From the IMG/VR virus record IMGVR_UViG_3300017589_000271, positions 3,725 through 67,724 of that record: 64,000 nt of DNA. One strand, given 5' to 3'. Positions 54,901 to 64,000 of the stretch are shown here, one piece after another (within the stretch, counting starts at the first letter, position 1; each line of letters opens with the position of its first letter). A program made the position numbers and the translations under genes. Under the pieces are notes generated by a model that worked only from the letters and a program-made list of their open reading frames with translations, ran no database searches and was not told where the DNA came from. This stretch comes from a virus.

Positions 54901-57812
54901 TTGCAAAAGGTGCGGTAGACGCTGCGACAGCGATAATGGACATTACATCTAATATGGGCGGTTTAGTTCCAGCTTTGACTTTAGTGTTAGGCGTTGTTAT
55001 TGCGTTAAAACGTGAGAAAATAGCAAGTGAGCTAGTTGGATTAGGCAATAACATAAAAGGATTAGGTAAAGGGTTTAAAACAATCCAAGCCGAAGCGGCG
55101 ACGGCTGGAACAACAGTAAGCACAGCAGGTGCAAAAATGCAGGCTGCGTTTGGTTGGATTGGACTTGCACTTGCTACTATAACTTTAATTGTCGGTGCTA
55201 TATCCGCACACAATAAAAAACTAGAAGAACAAAGGCAAAAAACTATTGACGCTGGACTTGCTGCTAATGAAACGATTAAAAGCGTTACAACTCTTAAAGA
55301 TAAGTATGATGAATTAGCTAAAACTTCCTCAAAAACAACAGAGCAAGAAGAAGAATTTAAAAAAGTTCAAGAGGAACTTATTTCGCTTTTAGGTGATAAA
55401 GCAGATGTGCTTAAAAATCTAACAGCAGGAACAGACGCTTACAGGGAAGCATTGACTAAGGCAACAGCAGAGGAAATTGAAAGCCAAAGATTAGCACTAG
55501 AAAGGTCAAAGCAAGCAAGCAAAGAACAAGTAAACTCATTGTTTACTGGTGCGATTAACACAGGGAAATCAGCAATTGATATCACCACAGGCGGAAAAAG
55601 TCAAGGAATACTCGATAAGCATTTGGGGGAATTTAGAGGGATATTTAGCGATGAGAATGCTACACAATATGGCCCACAACAAGATAATTACGAGAGTCAA
55701 ATCGAATGGTACAAAAAACTCAAATTAGCATTAGATGATTTAACAAAAGATGGTGACTTTGAAAGCTTTGCTTATAAAAAAGTAAACAGCGAAGTTTCAA
55801 GACTTAGTGAAACAATGGAAGAAGCTATTAAAATTCAAGGTACACTCGACATTAAGACAGCTCAACAAAACGAAACTCTTGTAAAAACAGCTATTAGCAC
55901 AGCAAAAGTGAGTGGTGCAACCGTAACAAATAACGAGGAACTAGAAAAGTTCAACAAAACAGTAGTTGACAGCATTGCTAAAAGTGGAGGCTTTGAGGGT
56001 TCTATTGAAGATATTGCAATACAGGTAAAACAACTTTCAACTAAAGAGTTTCCTAACCTCAATAAAGCTTTTAAATCAACAGGGGACGCAGTAGTTGACC
56101 TTTCAAACGCTACAAAGAGCAACGAAACTATTTTAGCAGATTTCAATAAAGTTGTTGACGAAAGTCAAGAGAAACTTCAAGAATTAGCAGACTTGCACGA
56201 TTTAGTTGCAAATAGTGAGGAAGTATCGGGTAGTCAAATACTTGATTTAATTCAAAAGTACCCTCAATATGCTACTGAAATTGCAAATGTAAATACGAAT
56301 AAGCAAGCAATGATTGATATTACAAAAAGCTTGTTTGAGGTAGAAAAAAAGGCAGCAGTTGCTAAATTAAATGCAGACAAACAACAACTAACAAGTGATA
56401 GCAATACTATTATTTCCACTTTAAACGTAGCGAGAGCGAAAATTACAGCAATGCAAGCAACCGCAATGTTAGATAGTGCGTTGGCAAAAGAGCTGGACAA
56501 AACAAAGGCAAGTATTAGCGGACTTGAAAAAGAACTTTCAAAAACGAAAAGCAATATATCGGCTATGGATAATGCTATTGCAACCATAAACAATATGGAC
56601 ATTAGCAACTACTCTAGCAAGAGTAAAGGTGCTAAATCTGCCACAGATAAGCAAACAGAAGCAGTTAATAAGCAAATTGAAGCCTTTGAACATCTTAATT
56701 CAATGGGTGTATATACACTTCAACAGCAAATTGACTTTTATAAAGAACTCTTACGCACGACTAAAAACACCGTTGAAACACAGCAGAAGTTGGAAACCAC
56801 CCTTTTTAATCTTTACAAAAAGCAAGTACAAGAAAAAATACAACTTGCTGAAAAAGAGAAGAACAAAAGAATAAAAGCAATTCAAGATACCGCTGATAAA
56901 GAAATTAAAGCATTGCAAAAAGTTCAAGATGAACGAGAGAGTTCAAGGAATGCTGAAGATTATCAAGACAATCGAGGTGACATTTTAGAACAAATTAGTT
57001 ATTGGGAACAACGCACAGGCAATGAAGCTGTTACTAATTTGAAAGACCTCAAAGAACAACTAGCCGACGTTGACAAGGATTATCAACGCAAGCAAGAAGA
57101 TGAAAAACTTGCAAAGCAAATTGAAGCAATCGAGGAAAGACGAGATAGGGAAATTGAAGCAGTTGAAAAAGTATGGGAAGAAATACAGAATGCTTTTGAT
57201 AGCGAAAACTTAGATATGGTTAATAAAGCTAAATTATATTCTTCTGATATGTTTAAAGAGTATAATATGAATTTCTTAAAACCCTTTCTTGACGATATAT
57301 CTAAAATCAAAGACGCAATGCGACAAATTGCAAACTCTTCAAAAACAAGTATTAGTAAGACGGTTAAAGTTCCTACACCTACATACAAACAGGCTTATGC
57401 CAGTGGAACAATAAACGCAAAAGGTAACTCTTTTTCTAAAGTCGGCGAGTACGGCCCAGAACTAAGAGTATTAAATCAAGGTGACGGAATTGTTCCAGCA
57501 CAAGCGACTAAAAACCTAATGGAAATAGGGCAATATTCGTTAAATCAAATTATGGATAAAGTACAATTTACTATATCCTCTGCCCTACAATCTAGGTTGA
57601 GTAGTGATATACAACGATTACAGCAAAACTATAACAATAGCACAAGCAATAATTACAACAATGCTTCAAACGATAATAGCCGTTCAACAGTTGTTACCAA
57701 CAATATCATCAACAACAACCATATTGAAGATGAAACAGACGGACAGGCATTAGCTAATTTAGTAGGCAGACAGTTGTTAAGTCAAATGAAATCATTACCA
57801 AGAGGGCGATAG
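51978..57812 (+). CDS. Tape measure protein
   Basis: 1944 aa, coiled coil, TP901-type core (FAQAGY, GREVGNAFKSII), C-terminal YASGT..VGEYGPEL. Confidence 0.93.
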   Translation: MLGENTSENKHLASLDFNISGILPQMQEVERIVRETGLSLKQVVESNFNIGEAINKQIQTSAGAFSTTGMSTNLENSVKRVGMSLKKATELMIQENDPNALLAKYLRNGGKKTIIGWNEAMEKEMKHSAPDLKKSLSSYVKWDNTGKSAGIDVFRSEIEELGITTSHIGNEYELMLDVYERINQFRNKRNYMASGEMYEDEVKGLMKYRYSLSETEDELRDFLIAQEQTKRITTDFTGTQLGNLGSADLDARIAKIREVAGVEEQLKISTDEEGNIRRAVVDYTDQQGRKIRETINLTNELNNETGEMESRVKNTNFDYIDQSLKRANDELKQLHTNFKAYADLKKQSETKNMLPKEQDVVQERLTRATKEYQESLVKVVQYGNQGLITQEQYIQIAEKEKMLQDDILITKEKQAQADNEKYQAIAKQFEKEQSMLQQNLSKNANNVQKDGLDEQHLVNIRKIQVELEQLGRESSVITQDELTQLDILRRQSEAIEQQVLQEKRKSELAKKTEQDEKNILSVYERSAKLQAQIKMSKATGSQALSRETSLIRQQAEQLFKRLSTDGKITDEMKQQTAELSKQLNLLETQAKVNISSNPKVNNKGMLGEIASKAKWYVAGSAAFAGGYVAKQALQTLTDVEYKVMEITRVMNDSTLNVQSFQEELFNLAVGYGRSFDDVSEVALRFAQAGYSVKDTISMTKDSLLALNTAELDVENSTQSMIGIMQQWGYEATELSTIIDKINYTADNNPITSQDLVDGLLQAGAAAKTAKISFDDTIGTLTAMKEASGRTGREVGNAFKSIIAYTQRDKSFDTFESLGIKVFADEAKTMLRPTLDTIGDLSAKFKENGNIVVDTLLKDEGAAELLNESMAELIGSSENYSAIKQAESDATNQSLTDMERLDAVQTAGMHRRTYFISLLENFNKIQEVSTALQNAEGYSLTENAKHMETLKAKVVQLVESLKQLAVQAGEAGLMNIAKGAVDAATAIMDITSNMGGLVPALTLVLGVVIALKREKIASELVGLGNNIKGLGKGFKTIQAEAATAGTTVSTAGAKMQAAFGWIGLALATITLIVGAISAHNKKLEEQRQKTIDAGLAANETIKSVTTLKDKYDELAKTSSKTTEQEEEFKKVQEELISLLGDKADVLKNLTAGTDAYREALTKATAEEIESQRLALERSKQASKEQVNSLFTGAINTGKSAIDITTGGKSQGILDKHLGEFRGIFSDENATQYGPQQDNYESQIEWYKKLKLALDDLTKDGDFESFAYKKVNSEVSRLSETMEEAIKIQGTLDIKTAQQNETLVKTAISTAKVSGATVTNNEELEKFNKTVVDSIAKSGGFEGSIEDIAIQVKQLSTKEFPNLNKAFKSTGDAVVDLSNATKSNETILADFNKVVDESQEKLQELADLHDLVANSEEVSGSQILDLIQKYPQYATEIANVNTNKQAMIDITKSLFEVEKKAAVAKLNADKQQLTSDSNTIISTLNVARAKITAMQATAMLDSALAKELDKTKASISGLEKELSKTKSNISAMDNAIATINNMDISNYSSKSKGAKSATDKQTEAVNKQIEAFEHLNSMGVYTLQQQIDFYKELLRTTKNTVETQQKLETTLFNLYKKQVQEKIQLAEKEKNKRIKAIQDTADKEIKALQKVQDERESSRNAEDYQDNRGDILEQISYWEQRTGNEAVTNLKDLKEQLADVDKDYQRKQEDEKLAKQIEAIEERRDREIEAVEKVWEEIQNAFDSENLDMVNKAKLYSSDMFKEYNMNFLKPFLDDISKIKDAMRQIANSSKTSISKTVKVPTPTYKQAYASGTINAKGNSFSKVGEYGPELRVLNQGDGIVPAQATKNLMEIGQYSLNQIMDKVQFTISSALQSRLSSDIQRLQQNYNNSTSNNYNNASNDNSRSTVVTNNIINNNHIEDETDGQALANLVGRQLLSQMKSLPRGR

Positions 57813-57856
57813 GGATAATTCTCTATCCCCTTTTATTATTAAGGAGGTGTTATTCT

Positions 57857-58111
57857 ATGCGAAAGAAAAAGAAAAAAGAGTTTTCAAAACAAATTCTAAT
57901 CATTGTTTCTGCATTCACTTTTATTGTTAGTGTTGTGGCTATGGCCATAGCGTGGAGAACTGGTGACACTAGCGTATTCGCTTATCTAATCCCCTCTCTA
58001 TTTGCTGAATTAGCAACAGCGACAGGGTTTTATTACAACAAAGCAAAAGCAGAAAACAAAATTAAAATTCAAAAATCAGTTACGCCAGTTACAGAAGAAA
58101 GCGAGGAATAA
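57857..58111 (+). CDS. Holin-like 2-TM protein
   Basis: EFSK..TM..TM..GFYYNKAKAEN. Confidence 0.75.
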   Translation: MRKKKKKEFSKQILIIVSAFTFIVSVVAMAIAWRTGDTSVFAYLIPSLFAELATATGFYYNKAKAENKIKIQKSVTPVTEESEE

Positions 58112-58114
58112 AAA

Positions 58115-58975
58115 ATGAACGCAACTAAAATTTTTAAAAACCCTAGTATTGTTATCACTTCAACCTTTGGAAATCGTATTGACCCTATAACAGGCATAAA
58201 AGCTTTTCATCTAGGTGTTGATTACGGAACAAGAGGGCAGAAACTACCGCAATACGGCTTAGAAAAAGGGGTTGTATTAAGTTGTGGTCAAGATGGAACA
58301 GGTGGTATATATGCTAATGTTCATTATCCGACTTTAGGTGACCACGTTGGGGTATATTATCATCTTGACAGACTAGCGGTTAAAACAGGTCAATCAGTAG
58401 ATACCAATACCGTTATCGGTTATACAGGCACAACCGGAAGAAGCACAGGCATACATCTTCATTTTGGTTGGTGTAAGAAATCAGAAATCGGTAAGGTGTG
58501 GAACTCTCGCTCTTGGGAGAACTTTGAAAAGTATAGTTTTCCTATTGTTGCACCAGTTAAAAAGCCAATGCCTAGTAACGTAGTAGGATATAAGGTTGGA
58601 GATAAAGTAAAGGTTAGGGGGAATGCAAGAACGTACACAGGTGGAATTCCTTCAAGTTTTGTGTATAACGGAATATATGCCATTGATGAAATAAAAGGTG
58701 ATAGAGCTGTACTTGACAAAAAAGGCATATGCTCACCATTCAATGTTAAAGATTTGATATTGGTTGGAACATCTACTCCAACAGCTAAACCTAAGCCTAC
58801 ACAGCCTACAAATAACTATATAAACTATACTGTTAAGCGTGGAGATAGTTGGTGGAGAATTGCAAGCCAACCACCTATGAATAACGGTAGCAAGTGTATA
58901 CAGCTGGCTAAATACAACGGTATGACAATCTTTAATGCTATACACGCAGGTCAAGTATTGAAAATACCCAAATAG
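58115..58975 (+). CDS. Endolysin: M23 peptidase + SH3-like + LysM
   Basis: ITSTFGNR.DP..FHLGVD, YYHL, TGRSTGIHLHF; YTVKRGDSWWRIA..IHAGQVLKIP. Confidence 0.9.
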   Translation: MNATKIFKNPSIVITSTFGNRIDPITGIKAFHLGVDYGTRGQKLPQYGLEKGVVLSCGQDGTGGIYANVHYPTLGDHVGVYYHLDRLAVKTGQSVDTNTVIGYTGTTGRSTGIHLHFGWCKKSEIGKVWNSRSWENFEKYSFPIVAPVKKPMPSNVVGYKVGDKVKVRGNARTYTGGIPSSFVYNGIYAIDEIKGDRAVLDKKGICSPFNVKDLILVGTSTPTAKPKPTQPTNNYINYTVKRGDSWWRIASQPPMNNGSKCIQLAKYNGMTIFNAIHAGQVLKIPK

Positions 58976-59009
58976 GTACATACGAAATAAATAAAAGAAG
59001 AAAGAATAG

Positions 59010-59345
59010 GTGCAAATTATGTTTAATTTTTTAATATCAAATTGGGATAGTGCTTTAGTGGTGTTAATCGCAATAGTAGTATTCTTCATACTGTATAAAA
59101 GAGGTTCTGTAAAAGTGCTGAAACAAACGCTACTATACCTTGTAATAAAAGCAGAAAAAGAATATGGTGGTGGCACAGGAGAACTTAAATATTCAGCAGT
59201 TGTAAGTTGGCTTTATGATAAGCTACCGTCAATTGTACGTTTTTTTATTACATCAAAGCAAATTAAAAAGCTTATCGAGAATGCAGTTATCAGAATGAAA
59301 GAATACCTTAAAGAGAATGGCGAAGCAAAAAAGCTAGTTGAATAG
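59010..59345 (+). CDS. Holin (LL-H-like)
   Basis: TM then LVIKAEKEYGGGTGELK..IENAV. Confidence 0.8.
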   Translation: MQIMFNFLISNWDSALVVLIAIVVFFILYKRGSVKVLKQTLLYLVIKAEKEYGGGTGELKYSAVVSWLYDKLPSIVRFFITSKQIKKLIENAVIRMKEYLKENGEAKKLVE

Positions 59346-59407
59346 CTAACTTTAAGTGGGGCAAGTGTGGTGCTTGCCCTTTATATTTTTAAAGAAAGAG
59401 TGATATT

Positions 59408-59950
59408 ATGACAATAAAAAACATAGTAAAAGAAACAATTGGCGATGCTTGTGAAAGAATGGCAAGGCATCAGAATATCTCTTGCTTACAAGCTATAAAA
59501 ATAAATAAAATACTAAGCAAACCAACTAAATTTTCGGAAAAAGATAGCGATATTATTGATATTTGCCAGACGTTTGTTTCTGATGATGAAAAATTAAAGC
59601 TTATTAAAGAATATCTAAATAAGTTTAACCCAAACGAAATAATATCTTCATATTCGGAATTGTTCAAAGAACTTATGAAAGTATTTTTAAGCGTAGGAGC
59701 AGACCACCACTGTTTAAGAATGCTCGTTTTAACTGTTGGTGATATTCTACAATCAAAAGATGAACTTTTATCTGGGAAAGACCTTTGCATAGAATTAATG
59801 AGTGAATTACGTATGACACAAAGAAACAAAGACGGTAAAGATTTGTTCTATGTATCTCGTGCAAGCAAAGAATATAAAAAAAATCACCGTAGAATACCCA
59901 AGAGAAAGCAAAAACGAATACACATAAATTTTGATAGAAAGACTTATTAG
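59408..59950 (+). CDS. Hypothetical protein
   Basis: 180-aa ORF with basic C-terminus. Confidence 0.6.
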   Translation: MTIKNIVKETIGDACERMARHQNISCLQAIKINKILSKPTKFSEKDSDIIDICQTFVSDDEKLKLIKEYLNKFNPNEIISSYSELFKELMKVFLSVGADHHCLRMLVLTVGDILQSKDELLSGKDLCIELMSELRMTQRNKDGKDLFYVSRASKEYKKNHRRIPKRKQKRIHINFDRKTY

Positions 59951-59968
59951 GAAAGGTATGAGTAGCTA

Positions 59969-60772
59969 ATGTATATAGATAATAATTTTGAAAATCCCTT
60001 TTTGGAACTTGACGAAACAAACAATCAACTATTACCTTTGAATATATTTGTTGATTTTCAAGAAAGTAAGATAGATACAATACCAGCAATAAGAGAAAGC
60101 GTTGAAACAGTTGCAGGGCTTGACGGCGATATCCTTTATGATAGCACATACTCCCCTCGATTATTCGATTTAGTATGTTATACTCCCGATAACTTATCAG
60201 CAGAACAGAAAATATTATACAAGCAACATATTACATATACTTTAAACCAGCTTAAAACGAAAGCTAAGCCTTTGCTGTATCAAGGTAAGGTATATATGGT
60301 TAGACTAACAGGCACAATGCAGCCGTCTAATTATGCTGGTTGGTTTAATGGTACAATTCAACTTAAAGCCAGTGACCCTTTTGGATATTCTCAATTAGTA
60401 TATATTCTAAAAAGAGATGGCGTTATTAGGTGTAGTGGGAATGTGCCTATTGGTTTAGTTATTGAGATACAAGGTGAAACGACTAACCCTTTTGTGACTA
60501 TTAACGGTGTTAAAATAGCTTATAACGGAACTGTTCCACTCAACACAACATTAAGCATAGACACAGAAAATCAACAAGCTTTTTTAATCAATGCAGATGG
60601 CATAAAAACAAACGCTATAAATAATGTGACAGGGTTGCAAAAAAAAGTTCAACTTCAAACGGCAACTACACAAATAATAAATGAACTAGTTGAGTTTGAG
60701 CCTTACAAAAATACGGTAACTATGAGCAACCCTACTAACACAACGGTAAAATGGAGAGAAAAGTATTTGTAA
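59969..60772 (+). CDS. Distal tail protein (Dit)
   Basis: VAGLDG..YSPRLF..IQLKASDPFGYS..GNVP..WREKYL. Confidence 0.85.
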   Translation: MYIDNNFENPFLELDETNNQLLPLNIFVDFQESKIDTIPAIRESVETVAGLDGDILYDSTYSPRLFDLVCYTPDNLSAEQKILYKQHITYTLNQLKTKAKPLLYQGKVYMVRLTGTMQPSNYAGWFNGTIQLKASDPFGYSQLVYILKRDGVIRCSGNVPIGLVIEIQGETTNPFVTINGVKIAYNGTVPLNTTLSIDTENQQAFLINADGIKTNAINNVTGLQKKVQLQTATTQIINELVEFEPYKNTVTMSNPTNTTVKWREKYL

Positions 60773-60801
60773 GATGAATGATAAACTGATTTCGTTTAAT
60801 G

Positions 60802-60830
60802 TTGACTTTTAGGATATAATTGGATATACT
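60802..60830 (+). promoter_or_regulatory. SigA promoter TTGACT-17-TATACT for moron
   Basis: Direct reading. Confidence 0.75.
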
Positions 60831-60868
60831 ATATTTGTAAACAAAATAAAATGTAAGGTTGTGTTAAT

Positions 60869-61615
60869 ATGATTATAAAATGTCCAGAATGCAACAAAGA
60901 TATATCGGATAAAGCTAGTGCTTGTCCTAATTGTGGGTGTCCTGTTTTTGAAGAAGAATTAAATGATAAGCCTCAACAAGTAGAAGTTACTGCTTTAAAT
61001 ATTAAACTTCGCAATCCTAAACGAATTAAAACTATCTTGATTGCAACAGCTGTTATCTTAATATTAGCTATTATAACTTTTTCTTTCTTTACGATAAAAG
61101 CCATGAAAGAAGAAAAGAAAGCGAGAGAACTGTACATCATAAATCTCAAACTTGTCAATACTTCAATGGAATTTGGAGCAGGGCAAAGCGAAAGTTTATG
61201 CAATCTAACATATAAAGTTTGGTACAACACTATACACGACGAACTTGATGGCGAAACAGACGAATACCGAATAGATGGCGGTGTGTATACAGATGATTTT
61301 AATGTAGCATTAATAAATCTTTATGGTTCTGAAACAGCTAAATCATACATTGAGTTTATTGAAAGTAGTAAAAGAATGGTTGACGTAGCAATGAAAGAAT
61401 TGAGTAATCCCCCTAAAGAGTTTGAAAAAAGTTACAAAGCTTTAGAGGATTTATATCCTTCGTATAAAGGACTTACTGATTTAGCCATTAATCCTACTGG
61501 AAGTTTACAGAGTTTTATTGAAAGCAAAAACAATAAAATAGACGAATTTCAAAATAACTATGATAAATTTAATTTACAGCTACCAGATGTCGCAAAAGAA
61601 GATTTGGGTAGCTAA
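60869..61615 (+). CDS. Zinc-ribbon membrane-anchored moron protein
   Basis: IKCPECNKDISDKASACPNCGCP, one TM, helical outer domain. Confidence 0.8.
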   Translation: MIIKCPECNKDISDKASACPNCGCPVFEEELNDKPQQVEVTALNIKLRNPKRIKTILIATAVILILAIITFSFFTIKAMKEEKKARELYIINLKLVNTSMEFGAGQSESLCNLTYKVWYNTIHDELDGETDEYRIDGGVYTDDFNVALINLYGSETAKSYIEFIESSKRMVDVAMKELSNPPKEFEKSYKALEDLYPSYKGLTDLAINPTGSLQSFIESKNNKIDEFQNNYDKFNLQLPDVAKEDLGS

Positions 61616-61638
61616 CAAAACACTATACAAAACATTTA

Positions 61639-61665
61639 AAGAACCTTTAACTAGGTTCTTTTTTT
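61639..61665 (+). terminator. Intrinsic terminator closing the moron
   Basis: AAGAACCT/AGGTTCTT plus T tract. Confidence 0.8.
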
Positions 61666-61688
61666 ATACCCATTTTTAAGAAAAGGAG

Positions 61689-63596
61689 TTGACAAACAGT
61701 ATGCCCGATAAACAGATAATCGTAAAAAACAACAATTCAATCATAGCTTATCTTACCAAAGAAGATTTAGTGTATGACGGTTGGATTGAAGAACGACAGA
61801 ACAAAGAATGCAGATTGACATTATCCTTTTCAAGCTTATCTTCTAAAATCTTTACAATTAAAGATTGCAACAATGAATTATACATTGATGGTAAAGTGTT
61901 TTCTTTGCTTAACAGCGACGCTATTTCTATTGAACGAACAGAGGATAACAAGCTAATAACAAGCGTAACTGCTATTGAAAGGTGGCAAGCAGAACTTGAA
62001 ACTGATTATCATCAAGTGTATAACAGTACAACAGGTTTTGACCACATAGACGAACATATGGTTATTATAGTTAGTGGTGGCTCTGATTTAAGTGGTGGCA
62101 GATATTCCGTTGGAAGTGCAGGACACGCACTATATGCCCTACTACAAGGTACAGGGTGGACATTAAAAGATTGTAATGTAGATGGTACGTATGACCTTGA
62201 AACCGATAAAAAAAGCACCCTTGCTAACATATACACTTTGCAGGAGCAATGGGGTGGAATTATTATATGGGATAGCGTAAATCGTATTGTATCTTTGATG
62301 AAAGAGGAGCTGTATGAGCCTTTTAATGGCTTTCAGATTAAGTACGGTAACAATATGAAACATATAGCTAAAAGCATTGATAACAATGTTATTTCTCGGC
62401 TGTATGTATACGGTGAACGTGGTTTAAATATTGCAAGTATCAACAGTGGAAATGAATATATAGATAACTTCTCACACACTAATAAAATTCGCAAGCAAAT
62501 ATTAACTAACCCTAATATCACAACGCAAGAATATCTAAAAACGTGGGGTGAAAGACAAAGCGAAATATTAGGCAAGCCAAAAGAAACATATGTAACTTCT
62601 ATTGTTGATTTATCAGCTTTAGACGAATACACAGATGTTCCGTTTAACGTAAATGATATGTGCAATATTATTGATGTTGATATCGTTGGAGATGTTCCTA
62701 TTCAGAAACGTATTGTGTATAAAAAATATAACGTATTTGAGCCTTGTTTATGTTCCCTTGAAATCGGAGATAATCAGATTACTTTTGCACAAGAATTAAA
62801 AGATACTTCTGATAAAACAACCGACATAGATAACGGAATAAATGATAAAGGTGAACTTGATGGATATTTAGACGCAGATGAAATAGACAAAATCAATAAT
62901 GTATTTACTAGAAGAATTGCAGATACAGAGGGCAATGTTTCTGTTTTGCAACAAACAGCTTATTCTCTGACTTCTCGTATTTCAAGCGCAGAGGGCAATA
63001 TTTCATACCTTGAGCAAACAGCTTCTAGCATATCTATGAGAGTTACCAACGCAGAGGGTAGTATTGCTTCCCTTGATATAAGCGTTAGCGATTTAGGAAG
63101 TCAAATATCTTTAAAAGCTGATAGAATTGAGTTGCAAGGCTATGTTACTTTCTCTGCTCTTTCAACTTCTGGAAGTACAACAATAAACGGCGGAAACATA
63201 AGGACAGGAACAATTAACGCAAGTGTTGTATCAGTTATTAATCTAAACGCAAGCAACATAACAGCAGGGGTAATAAGTGCCGATAGGATAAATGTAAGCA
63301 CTTTAGTAGCGAAAGGGTTGGTTGCAAAACACGGTGAGTTTAGCGGAACAATTACTTGGGGGGCTTGGGCAGGCGTAAAATGTGATGGAGCGAGTCAAAC
63401 GACAATTTACTCTAGTGATTTAACTCTAAAAGGGTCGGGTGGTATATACCTTGAAGCACAATGGACGTACATATATGGTGTAGTTGTAATTCCAACCGAA
63501 TTACAATATAAAGGCTCTGTGATACAACGCAACACAATTAACTACACTAATAGTACAGGTGGAATATCGTCAATGAAAGTTCTAACTTGGCAATAA
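61689..63596 (+). CDS. Tal / baseplate hub-tail spike protein
   Basis: Prophage-tail pattern (IKYGNNMKHI..VISRLYVYG..NSGNEYIDNFS), SRISSAEGNIS repeats, INGGNIRTGTINA. Confidence 0.85.
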   Translation: MTNSMPDKQIIVKNNNSIIAYLTKEDLVYDGWIEERQNKECRLTLSFSSLSSKIFTIKDCNNELYIDGKVFSLLNSDAISIERTEDNKLITSVTAIERWQAELETDYHQVYNSTTGFDHIDEHMVIIVSGGSDLSGGRYSVGSAGHALYALLQGTGWTLKDCNVDGTYDLETDKKSTLANIYTLQEQWGGIIIWDSVNRIVSLMKEELYEPFNGFQIKYGNNMKHIAKSIDNNVISRLYVYGERGLNIASINSGNEYIDNFSHTNKIRKQILTNPNITTQEYLKTWGERQSEILGKPKETYVTSIVDLSALDEYTDVPFNVNDMCNIIDVDIVGDVPIQKRIVYKKYNVFEPCLCSLEIGDNQITFAQELKDTSDKTTDIDNGINDKGELDGYLDADEIDKINNVFTRRIADTEGNVSVLQQTAYSLTSRISSAEGNISYLEQTASSISMRVTNAEGSIASLDISVSDLGSQISLKADRIELQGYVTFSALSTSGSTTINGGNIRTGTINASVVSVINLNASNITAGVISADRINVSTLVAKGLVAKHGEFSGTITWGAWAGVKCDGASQTTIYSSDLTLKGSGGIYLEAQWTYIYGVVVIPTELQYKGSVIQRNTINYTNSTGGISSMKVLTWQ

Positions 63597-63616
63597 CAAA
63601 TAAAAGGAGAATACAT

Positions 63617-64000
63617 ATGAAACTACAAAAAATAATGCAATCATTTCAAGCCGTTCAATCGTTTTTGGACTTGTCTATATCCTATCAAAAAGCTAGGATA
63701 TTAAAAAAGATTTATGATACAATGAAAAGTGAAGTTGATTTTTACTTGCAGGAGGAAAAAAAGCTTATTCATCAATTCGCAAAAAAAGATGAGGACGGCA
63801 ACCCTGTATTGAATGGCAATAAAATTCAGTTTGAAAACACCGATAGTGCTAATAAATATTTAGCTGAAATAACTAAGTTAAACGAACTAGATGTTAGTGT
63901 TGATTTTGAACCTGTTGTTTTAACGGAAAATGAAATAGGTTCGCAATGTATAAGTGTAAATGCCCTTGAACAAATTGAAGGTTTTATAACAATCGAATAA
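63617..64000 (+). CDS. DUF1617-like tail-associated protein
   Basis: AAGGAG RBS; FAKKDEDGNP; stop at 63998-64000. Confidence 0.65.
   Translation: MKLQKIMQSFQAVQSFLDLSISYQKARILKKIYDTMKSEVDFYLQEEKKLIHQFAKKDEDGNPVLNGNKIQFENTDSANKYLAEITKLNELDVSVDFEPVVLTENEIGSQCISVNALEQIEGFITIE

Noticed and set aside
32899-62665. Minus-strand ORFs within the late region
   Set aside because: Antisense shadows of structural genes.
1-64000. CRISPR array, or RT/retron/DGR cassette
   Set aside because: No regularly spaced repeats seen, and no ORF with a recognisable reverse transcriptase (YxDD with RT context) in the track.
1-64000. Stop-codon reassignment
   Set aside because: TAA, TAG and TGA all end well-formed genes. 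The breaks seen are frameshifts, not in-frame stops.

Overview
The window is most of the genome of a low-GC, long-tailed (sipho-like) dsDNA phage of a spore-forming Firmicute, probably Clostridia. (1) 1-22.3 kb is a leftward early/middle arm. It holds an AEP primase (cut by the window edge), an intein-containing and frameshifted C5 DNA methyltransferase, a beta clamp, SSB, a ThyX-like enzyme, an HD hydrolase and an MBL nuclease/RecT/SMC-like recombination set. It also carries three host-transcription look-alikes: a free RNAP alpha-CTD, a split sporulation-type sigma factor and a Spo0A DNA-binding domain. (2) 22.3-26.3 kb is a control and replication block with two XRE repressors, two different operator families, an excisionase-like HTH, a replisome organiser with iterons, Rha and a G39P-like protein. 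(3) 26.3-32 kb has an RX4H (HEPN-like) accessory gene, a serine resolvase and a leftward cluster of small genes separated by GCCG..CGGC hairpins. (4) 32-34.1 kb has a probable packaging/terminus region, a RepL-like gene and an RNA island: a tRNA-like element, a kissing-loop structured RNA and tRNA-Ile(UAU). (5) 34-64 kb holds the rightward late genes: GIY-YIG endonuclease, terminase, portal, Clp protease/scaffold, capsid, neck, tail, frameshifted tail chaperone, tape measure, lysis genes, Dit and Tal. A collagen/C-type-lectin fibre cassette in the head region carries a clear DGR-type adenine-depleted variable region, but no template repeat or reverse transcriptase is visible. No integrase or CRISPR array was seen. 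All family assignments come from motif recognition by eye, not from database searches.
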